Positions 24,721-31,457 are shown, counted from the stretch's first letter. The stretch: 36,983 bases of DNA from an uncultured virus (IMG/VR IMGVR_UViG_3300034158_000001) (IMGVR_UViG_3300034158_000001); one strand, 5' to 3'. A program made the numbers and translations. Notes: generated by a model not told the origin, from the letters alone.

Positions 24721-25416
24721 ATGTTTTACGTCCTTAACCCAGTATCCAGCAACTCTAAAGTAGGCCCAATGCCTGTTAGCACGTCGAATAGCTCGACATG
24801 TCCTGACGCTTGCCCTCTCAAGTTGAAAGGCTGTTATGCAAAGTATGGTCCAAGTGGTATGCACTGGCGCCGCCTGGATGCAGGGCAGAGCAAGAACGCT
24901 AAAGAGTGGGGAGAATTCCTTAAAGACGTAAAACGTTTGAACCGTGACGTTTTGTGGCGTCATAACGTGGCCGGTGATTTGAACGGTACTTCTGATATTA
25001 TAGACCAACACAAGCTGGGTGAGCTTGTGAAAGCCAACAAAGGCAAACGTGGGTTTACTTACACGCATTACCCTGTGCTACCTGATCAAGATGGGCCTAC
25101 TATGCTTAATAGGGAATCCGTAGCAGCCGCTAATATTGCAGGTTTCACAATCAACCTAAGCGGCAATGACGTTAGTCATGCTGACAAGCTCAAAGCGCTT
25201 GACATTGCCCCGGTTGTCGTGATTATGCCCCGTGACGCTGAAAAGGTTAGCTACACACCCAGGGGCAATAAGGTGGTGATTTGTCCCGCTGAAGGTAGCG
25301 ACAAAGTTACATGCCTAACATGTGGTTTGTGCCAGCTTCCTAAGCGAGACTACATTATCGGGTTTCGGGCTCATGGTACAGCGGCGAAGACAGTTGAACT
25401 AATCGCAAGGGGTTGA
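24721..25416 (+). CDS. Cys-rich, radical-SAM-like / Fe-S phage protein
   Basis: NSKVG, TCPDACP....GCYA (Cx3Cx6C), RHNVAGD, FTYTH, INLS, CPA...TCLTCGLC, F.AHG. Confidence 0.6.
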   Translation: MFYVLNPVSSNSKVGPMPVSTSNSSTCPDACPLKLKGCYAKYGPSGMHWRRLDAGQSKNAKEWGEFLKDVKRLNRDVLWRHNVAGDLNGTSDIIDQHKLGELVKANKGKRGFTYTHYPVLPDQDGPTMLNRESVAAANIAGFTINLSGNDVSHADKLKALDIAPVVVIMPRDAEKVSYTPRGNKVVICPAEGSDKVTCLTCGLCQLPKRDYIIGFRAHGTAAKTVELIARG

Positions 25417-25423
25417 TAGAATG

Positions 25424-25460
25424 AAAGGCGCCAGCATAATAGCTAGGCGCCTTTTCTTTT
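25424..25460 (+). terminator. intrinsic terminator
   Basis: AAAGGCGCC-AGC...GCT-AGGCGCCTTT-TCTTTT. Confidence 0.75.
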
Positions 25461-25473
25461 GAGGTTGTGCCAA

Positions 25474-25860
25474 ATGAAAGCTAACCAAGCATTCCACGAA
25501 CATGCAAAGAAGGTCAGAATGAGCTTTGAAAGTGTATACAGTGCGCAGAATCAATGTTCTATGACTGGCCTAGAAGAGCAAATAGCCTTTATGGAATGCC
25601 CCACAGGCCAGATTGTAAGGCTATTCCGTGACCACAAGGGTTGGCATAGGATTGTGCTATTTGAATCGATTGCGCCCAATAGTGGCGTTTCCGCTGTACT
25701 TGTGCAAGCCGATGGCGAGGTACACTACAAAGAAACTGCGCCACAAGCAAGGGGAAACAAGTATACAAGAATGCTACAGGTTGTGTTGACATTGTGGGGC
25801 ATTAAGTGGTATCGCTCAACTCTTCTAACAGTTGCTGGCGCCGCTTGCTACAAAGACTAA
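25474..25860 (+). CDS. hypothetical protein
   Basis: GAGG RBS. Confidence 0.6.
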   Translation: MKANQAFHEHAKKVRMSFESVYSAQNQCSMTGLEEQIAFMECPTGQIVRLFRDHKGWHRIVLFESIAPNSGVSAVLVQADGEVHYKETAPQARGNKYTRMLQVVLTLWGIKWYRSTLLTVAGAACYKD

Positions 25861-25878
25861 AATAATTTGAAAAGAGTG

Positions 25879-25906
25879 TTGACAGCCATAACCAACGCTG
25901 TAGAAT
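25879..25906 (+). promoter_or_regulatory. sigma70-type promoter
   Basis: TTGACA-N16-TAGAAT, CACACAA leader. Confidence 0.7.
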
Positions 25907-25953
25907 TGACCACACAAGAGGCAAACAAGCCTCACAACTTAAAAGGAAATGCC

Positions 25954-26130
25954 ATGATCTACCTTAACCTGAAAACTTCGCAAGGCCGTGAAACTGTAGA
26001 CCAATTCGAAAAATCTGAAGATCAGAGCCCTAAAGAGTTCAGAAAGTATATACGATCTATGGTTTCAGAATATCGTATGGCTGGCATGAATGTTTACCAG
26101 TCATCCCGCATGTATGCAAACTGGAAATAG
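25954..26130 (+). CDS. hypothetical protein
   Basis: AAGGA RBS; GRETVDQF...EYRMAG..VYQSSR. Confidence 0.7.
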   Translation: MIYLNLKTSQGRETVDQFEKSEDQSPKEFRKYIRSMVSEYRMAGMNVYQSSRMYANWK

Positions 26131-26141
26131 ATTCTTAACTT

Positions 26142-26177
26142 AAAGCGCTTGCTACTTGTAGGCGCTTTTGGTAAGAT
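26142..26177 (+). promoter_or_regulatory. overlapping terminator-like hairpin and promoter
   Basis: AAAGCGCTTGC-5 nt-GTAGGCGCTTT; TTGCTA-N17-TAAGAT. Confidence 0.55.
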
Positions 26178-26215
26178 ACCTATATCGAAACAAAACACTG
26201 AAAAGGAAAAGCACC

Positions 26216-26575
26216 ATGTCTTACAAAGTCAAAGCTATTAAAGAACTGGCCCAAGAAATTAAAGCCGCTGGCTTTCGTGTGTTTATCGCTAAAAGTGGAA
26301 CACACGGTTTCTACACCGACGCGGCTGGCACCAAGGTTGTGAGTTTCCAATTTGACCTGGGCGGTTTCAAATTCACCGGCAACTATAAAACCAGCCAACC
26401 AAGCCGAACTGGTACGGGTTGGCAGTTGCAAGATGGCAGCTTTGAAGACATGTTCAAACAAATGCCACCAAATTGGGCTGTTGGTAGTGGTATCGATTGG
26501 AAATATACCACGCTTGAGCAACACTTGAAGACTTATCAAGCAAGCTCGCAATACGTTGAAGTGGGTGTAGAATGA
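26216..26575 (+). CDS. hypothetical protein
   Basis: AAGGA RBS. Confidence 0.72.
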   Translation: MSYKVKAIKELAQEIKAAGFRVFIAKSGTHGFYTDAAGTKVVSFQFDLGGFKFTGNYKTSQPSRTGTGWQLQDGSFEDMFKQMPPNWAVGSGIDWKYTTLEQHLKTYQASSQYVEVGVE

Positions 26576-26760
26576 AAACTATTCACTACGGTATGACCGA
26601 AGCTCAAGCCCGCCGCAAAGCTGGCAGTAATGGAAGTTTTCAAGGGCCATTGCCTTTGTGTGGCAATGGTAGTTTTCACGTTGACGTCACTAGCGCCCAT
26701 TGGGCTGTGACTTGCGAGGCTTGCAAGGCTACCCTCAAAACTCGCCCTGCTTACCTGTAA
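26572..26760 (+). CDS. hypothetical Zn-binding-like peptide
   Basis: ATGA overlap; H...PLCG...VTCEAC. Confidence 0.62.
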   Translation: MKTIHYGMTEAQARRKAGSNGSFQGPLPLCGNGSFHVDVTSAHWAVTCEACKATLKTRPAYL

Positions 26761-26768
26761 AACAACCC

Positions 26769-26796
26769 TTGCACTGCCCGTTCAACCTGATAGAAT
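26769..26796 (+). promoter_or_regulatory. sigma70-type promoter
   Basis: TTGCAC-N16-TAGAAT with TGn extension; CACACAAAC leader. Confidence 0.65.
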
Positions 26797-26827
26797 GGCC
26801 TCACACAAACGATAGAGGTAACGCAAT

Positions 26828-27430
26828 ATGGAACGCTATTTCATTCGCAACTGCTTAGGCCAGATTGTAGGCAATCCCAAGGGTTACACCACCTACAAGG
26901 GCGCCAGTATGATCTTTAATCGTCAGAAAATGCAGGTTGAGTTGATTGACCTTGCCCACGAGCTTGGCGTTAAAGGCAGTTCGCAAAATAGTGTTTTGAT
27001 TGGCTCTATCAAGTTGGAAAAGGTGGGCGAACAGCCTGTCAAAGCTCTGACTATTGTTCGAGTAGAGGGGCAGACTGGCCGTGGAATGTATGACCATCTG
27101 TGGTTTGACTGCGGTCTACCTAACGACTACGCACACCCAACCGTTGGGGGTGACTCCCTCTATCAAAAGAGTTTGGCTAAAGGGGGCTTTGGCGTCAACC
27201 CCTGGGAACCAAGGGGGCACCGGTTCGGCTTTCTTAACCTGGACATGCTACGCCGTTGGATTTACTCTGACGACTGGGTCACTGCATTAAGTGATAGAGG
27301 TGCCGTCTTGTGTACCTACAGTGTTCCTGTAGATTCTGTTATCGTGGGACGAACTCAAGTAACGTTTGACTACGAAAAAGCTGTTTGCCTTGATCGAAAA
27401 CCGCTTGCAAGCGTCTTGGAACAAGACTAG
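26828..27430 (+). CDS. two-domain hypothetical early protein
   Basis: GAGG RBS; C-terminal domain VRVE..GRGMY..HP...FGF...W...GRTQVTF. Confidence 0.75.
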   Translation: MERYFIRNCLGQIVGNPKGYTTYKGASMIFNRQKMQVELIDLAHELGVKGSSQNSVLIGSIKLEKVGEQPVKALTIVRVEGQTGRGMYDHLWFDCGLPNDYAHPTVGGDSLYQKSLAKGGFGVNPWEPRGHRFGFLNLDMLRRWIYSDDWVTALSDRGAVLCTYSVPVDSVIVGRTQVTFDYEKAVCLDRKPLASVLEQD

Positions 27431-27433
27431 AAT
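27405..27433 (+). promoter_or_regulatory. sigma70-type promoter
   Basis: TTGCAA-N17-TAGAAT; spacer inverted repeat GTCTTG-GAA-CAAGAC. Confidence 0.65.
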
Positions 27434-27463
27434 ACTCACACACCAACAAAGGGACCAAGCAAA

Positions 27464-27631
27464 ATGAATATTAAACAAGCTCACTCTGTACTGATCGCTA
27501 GAGGCTGGTGCAAGTTGCCCGTAGAGGTTAAAGAGCCAAACGCCCAGGGCGAGTATGGCGTCCAGTACATCAACCAACAAGGGCAAATTTTCTGGCTCAA
27601 CCCTGTTACCCTGAAAACTGGCCCACAATAA
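27464..27631 (+). CDS. 55-aa hypothetical protein (below ORF-track cutoff)
   Basis: AGGGA RBS after the promoter. Confidence 0.62.
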   Translation: MNIKQAHSVLIARGWCKLPVEVKEPNAQGEYGVQYINQQGQIFWLNPVTLKTGPQ

Positions 27632-27648
27632 ACAAAGGTATTGCCGCT

Positions 27649-28089
27649 ATGACTATTACAGTGACCAGCTTGACCCACCCAACCATGATTGCTAAAATCC
27701 GTCAAGCCCTCTACTACGCCCATAAAGGCGAGGGCCACAAGATGGGAGGGCATGATAAGCGGTGCTATATCAAGAACGCCAAAGGCCATAACATCATGCG
27801 TCTTAACTGGGTTGGTGGTGAACAGGGTTTCATTGTGTATGGCGATCAAGCTCGCAATATTACCCATATTGTCAAGAAAGCGTTGCAAAGAGCTAAGGAA
27901 AAGTCTCGACAAAAGGCTAAAAGGGATTCTTACGCACTGGCCTACAGTGGTTATAACCCAGACAAAGCTGGTAGCGAACAGCTTAGCAAAATGGCCCTGG
28001 TGTGTGGATTGACAACAATCCTAACAGGCTGTCAAGCCCCTGGAGCAATGACAGCTCTCTATAGTGTACTGGGCGGTTTGTTTACATGA
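27649..28089 (+). CDS. hypothetical protein with hydrophobic C-terminus
   Basis: AAGG RBS. Confidence 0.7.
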   Translation: MTITVTSLTHPTMIAKIRQALYYAHKGEGHKMGGHDKRCYIKNAKGHNIMRLNWVGGEQGFIVYGDQARNITHIVKKALQRAKEKSRQKAKRDSYALAYSGYNPDKAGSEQLSKMALVCGLTTILTGCQAPGAMTALYSVLGGLFT

Positions 28090-28253
28090 ATATCAAAATC
28101 ATTCTCATTAGAGCTAAGAAGCTGGCCGAAGTGTCTCGCAATGGGAAGGTTTTCACAAGTGGCACAGTCTACAATATGAGTCACTTTCGTCAGGTTGAAA
28201 AGCGTTTCAAAGCGTGGGACGCTCAAGGTTGGCCCTATGAGCCAAAGGATTAA
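28086..28253 (+). CDS. 55-aa hypothetical protein (below ORF-track cutoff)
   Basis: ATGA overlap with upstream stop. Confidence 0.55.
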   Translation: MNIKIILIRAKKLAEVSRNGKVFTSGTVYNMSHFRQVEKRFKAWDAQGWPYEPKD

Positions 28254-28268
28254 AAGAGAATAAACCGC

Positions 28269-28303
28269 TTGCAAGGGGCATTATCAAGCTGTACAATGCC
28301 CCT
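28269..28303 (+). promoter_or_regulatory. sigma70-type promoter with inverted repeat around the -10 box
   Basis: TTGCAA-N17-TACAAT; AGGGGCATT...AATGCCCCT. Confidence 0.7.
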
Positions 28304-28331
28304 ACACCAACACAAACAAGAGTGATACAAA

Positions 28332-28550
28332 ATGGCAAAGCGTTTGATCCACACCGAAACCCATACCACCGGCCTAGGCATTGTCCACACTGCAAAGGTG
28401 TATCGTGATAGTGAGTGGAACGAGTGGCAAGTGGTTTTTGCTCGTGACCGTAACACGAACTACAAGGCGAGCTATCACGCCGGTGATAAGGCAGACGCCA
28501 TTGATACAGCCAAGTATCACATTCATCGTATGTCCAAACAGTTCGCATAA
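28332..28550 (+). CDS. hypothetical protein
   Basis: AKVYRDSEWNEWQV.F...YH..DK.DA..TA pattern of small phage proteins. Confidence 0.75.
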   Translation: MAKRLIHTETHTTGLGIVHTAKVYRDSEWNEWQVVFARDRNTNYKASYHAGDKADAIDTAKYHIHRMSKQFA

Positions 28551-28564
28551 GGGAGTATAGCTTA

Positions 28565-28645
28565 ATGGAATTGCTTCTAGAGGCAGTACAGATTGTTCTG
28601 TGTGCTTTTATCCTCATTGGCATTGTCAAGATAGCGAGCGTGTAA
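28565..28645 (+). CDS. 26-aa single-TM peptide
   Basis: GGGAG RBS; hydrophobic core; fills the intergenic gap exactly. Confidence 0.5.
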   Translation: MELLLEAVQIVLCAFILIGIVKIASV

Positions 28646-28646
28646 C

Positions 28647-28910
28647 ATGATCTTCGCAACTGTTCTTAGCCTGTGCATGTCCGCATCATACAGCGATTGT
28701 AACGACTATATTGTCGACGTCGCCCCAACAAGCAAAGACTGTAAAGTCAACCTTATCGAGCACTCCAAGCGTATGACTAATGTGTGGAAGCTCGACAGCG
28801 GCAAAGCGTTGGATGTGTTCTTGAAAGAGTTTCACATTGTAGAACAAGTCGAGGATATCGCAAGCTACGACTACACCTGTCAGCCCATTGCTGATAAGGA
28901 TGTTCCTTAG
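28647..28910 (+). CDS. YebW/DUF1482-like small Cys protein
   Basis: MIFATVLSLC.....DC.DYIVDV......C...C pattern. Confidence 0.55.
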   Translation: MIFATVLSLCMSASYSDCNDYIVDVAPTSKDCKVNLIEHSKRMTNVWKLDSGKALDVFLKEFHIVEQVEDIASYDYTCQPIADKDVP

Positions 28911-28932
28911 AGCTTGTAGTCGTTGAACATGA

Positions 28933-28954
28933 GCCCGCCATGAGCGGGCCTTTT
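28933..28954 (+). terminator. intrinsic terminator
   Basis: GCCCGC-CATGA-GCGGGC-CTTTT. Confidence 0.78.
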
Positions 28955-29013
28955 CATTCCCACCAACATGAGCTAAATTCAAGTTGCTTGCTGTGAACAT
29001 GAATCTAATTCGT

Positions 29014-29042
29014 TTGACAGGTTTTCATTCGCACGGTACAAT
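29014..29042 (+). promoter_or_regulatory. sigma70 promoter pointing into the non-coding region
   Basis: TTGACA-N17-TACAAT. Confidence 0.7.
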
Positions 29043-29060
29043 ACCTTAAGAGCTTTACCT

Positions 29061-29798
29061 TTAAGCGACAGCTTAAGGAAGTAATCCGATAGCTATAAAA
29101 CATAATAACAAAACTCCTAAAGAATATCAACCCATAGCTTCGCTATAAGGGATTAAACCTTATGACCTTCGGTCATGTAGTTTGCACGGATCAAAAAGCG
29201 ATAGCTTTTGTGGTTATCAATTGTAAAATATCTATAACATAAACCCCTAAAAACTATCTCAAAACCTAAGCCAAGGCTTAGAAGGTTAAACCCTCAGACC
29301 GAAGGTCTAAGAAGGTCAAGAGCGGGCTGTAAGCCCCGTATTACAAGCGTTAGAGGCTATCCTACCCAATGCTACGCATTGAAGAGAAAACCCCTCAAAT
29401 CAACGCTAAACCCCTTTCTAGCTCTCTGCCTCGCGTGGGTGAGCCCCGTTAGGGGCGAGACACTAAGCGAAGCGCTCTCACTTTCAGTGAATTGTCAAGA
29501 ACTTCCTTAGATCATTACGCTATGTCCTACGGACAAACAGTTCTAACACCATGAGGGCAAATCCTCCCCAGTTGGCACACTTCTAGCAAGGCATATTGCA
29601 TGCCAGGAATATCACCCCTAGAGGGACAACCCCCATGGGCATGCTCGCCCTATGCACACACCCCTAACATGAATAACTCTCATGAGAGAATGAATCACAC
29701 ATGACAATACATCCTATGTGCGAGCAGTCCTACATGTTAATCATTCTCATGTGTGCATACGCACAAGTACAGAGCCACACGCTCTAATGCGAAGCATT
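29061..29798. repeat. array of short inverted repeats with GNA/GNNA loops
   Basis: 9 GAA/GTA-triloop and 3 C-GNNA-G hairpins in an ORF-free region (listed in findings). Confidence 0.85.
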
Positions 29799-29871
29799 GA
29801 AAGGCTAGCCCCTGGAGGGTGATACACACTCATGAGGATAGACCCTTGCCGGTGTGACCCTTTGAGGGAGA

Positions 29872-29887
29872 TGTTCCACGTGGAGCA
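29872..29887. promoter_or_regulatory. parS-like palindrome
   Basis: TGTTCCACGTGGAGCA, 15/16 to TGTTCCACGTGGAACA. Confidence 0.55.
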
Positions 29888-30139
29888 AATCTCTTTTATG
29901 GTGGAACGTTTGATGGGGCGAGCCCTCCCTAATAGGATTGATTCCCCTATGGGAGTGACTTTCCAATGAGAAGTGTTCTCGTTATTTTAGAATTACGAGC
30001 GGCCAGCTAGTGGGCCTTGTGTTGTCGTTAAGCACCTCTCGCTCAAAACTGGCTCCGCCACATCCCTTTATATTTTCCTATGTCAAGGTGGAACACTCCG
30101 TCAAGTGGTGTTTATTTTTGGCGGCGGGATTTATTTTGG

Positions 30140-30168
30140 TGGACAAAATGTTGGTAGTATTGTAGAAT
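30140..30168 (+). promoter_or_regulatory. sigma70-type promoter
   Basis: TGGACA-N17-TAGAAT. Confidence 0.6.
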
Positions 30169-30214
30169 TAGTAAAGGAGATACATACACTAAACCCCTAT
30201 AGGGAGATTAAACA

Positions 30215-30628
30215 ATGGCAACAATTGATGAACAGTACACACTAGTTTCGCAGCTTGGCATTTACGGTGCCATCAACCAGGGTGCGTTTCAAAACACCCT
30301 TGATGGTAAAGATGCTCCGCCAGCTTTCCATATCGTACACAGAGGAAGCATGGCTACCTTCACCCCTTCTGAAAGTGATAATGGTGCATACACTGTGTTT
30401 GACTACGCAGGTGATATGGTGATTACACTTCCAGCTTCGCTGTCTGCACCAGAGCTAAACCCATTTACAATGTTTGTAGTTAACACCCTTGGAAGGATTG
30501 ACTTCGTGTGCGAGACTCCCTTCATTGGGTATGCTCCTCACGTTGAGCAGAATGTTACATGTGGATTACTGAGAGGTATGACCAACTGGTATGCTTCAGG
30601 GACAAACAACAAAGCAGAGCTTAGCTAA
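30215..30628 (+). CDS. hypothetical protein, tail-fibre-tip-like beta domain
   Basis: GGGAG RBS; T.T.S.SDNG....F......ITLPA.L pattern. Confidence 0.6.
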   Translation: MATIDEQYTLVSQLGIYGAINQGAFQNTLDGKDAPPAFHIVHRGSMATFTPSESDNGAYTVFDYAGDMVITLPASLSAPELNPFTMFVVNTLGRIDFVCETPFIGYAPHVEQNVTCGLLRGMTNWYASGTNNKAELS

Positions 30629-31419
30629 TGACTCCGGTTATTTCACAACTGTTCAGTAGTTGCAGGGAGAGGAATCTTCGCACTCTGGACGATAATGTCC
30701 CTGATGAAAACTACCTGTTCTTGGTGACAAATTATGTTCCAGATATTGGGTCTTCTATATGGAAGTCATTTGATAACTCTGTGCAGATGAATCCACTAAC
30801 AGGGTGGACAGGCTTCTACTACACTTGGATGCCTGATCGTTCTATCTTTGCTGGATTCAGAACTCAGAAGTTTGGTTATGGCTTTGTGCACCCTAGTGCA
30901 ACGTCCAGTGGAGAGCTTTACCTGAGAGTACAGATTGGTATTCCAAAAGCTCCAGCGGCATCTGGTCAGTGGTGGGCGTACTCTGAGAACCCTATTGTGG
31001 TGATCAAGGATAACGTCGATCAGAGCCTTAAGCTGTCCCTGTCTTGGCTGTATAATGGTGACACTAACGCTGCAACGAGAGACTTGAGTAGAACGTTGGT
31101 TCTTAAGTTTGTTGATAGGGATGGTGTAGACAGGACGTTATCTGCTGAGTATGTTTTCCCAGTTGGTGAGGAGTATATGAACATTGATATCAAAGTGTTC
31201 CTTCCTAAAGATGGTCCTGCCCAACTTGTGGCGGCTCCCCTGGAAACAACAAACCCTCCAATCGTAAACACTTCTCTTACAGTTGGTAGAGGGTACTACG
31301 ATATACAGCCTGATCAAACTCTTGCAGTAAACTCCTACGATGGTGTTACACCTACAAACTGTCTGACACGTTACATGAGAGTTGGTATTGGTAACAAGAT
31401 TACAACAGCTAGACCATGA
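30628..31419 (+). CDS. hypothetical beta-rich protein (possible adhesin/lectin-like)
   Basis: TAATG coupling; aromatic, beta-strand-rich 263 aa. Confidence 0.7.
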   Translation: MTPVISQLFSSCRERNLRTLDDNVPDENYLFLVTNYVPDIGSSIWKSFDNSVQMNPLTGWTGFYYTWMPDRSIFAGFRTQKFGYGFVHPSATSSGELYLRVQIGIPKAPAASGQWWAYSENPIVVIKDNVDQSLKLSLSWLYNGDTNAATRDLSRTLVLKFVDRDGVDRTLSAEYVFPVGEEYMNIDIKVFLPKDGPAQLVAAPLETTNPPIVNTSLTVGRGYYDIQPDQTLAVNSYDGVTPTNCLTRYMRVGIGNKITTARP

Positions 31420-31450
31420 AAAAGCCCCGCTTATGCGGGGCTTCTCTTTG
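31419..31450. terminator. bidirectional terminator between convergent blocks
   Basis: AAA-AAGCCCCGC-TTAT-GCGGGGCTT-CTCTTT. Confidence 0.82.
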
Positions 31451-31457
31451 CCTGTGT

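Noticed and set aside
7807..26302. Scattered GTGGAAC/GTTCCAC half-parS heptamers in coding DNA
   Set aside because: A handful of 7-mers in 37 kb is about the chance expectation
28911..30214. tRNA genes or a group I intron in the hairpin-rich region
   Set aside because: I found no cloverleaf with a T-loop GTTCRA and acceptor stem, no interrupted host gene, and no recognisable P7 core by eye; tRNAscan-SE or Infernal would be decisive
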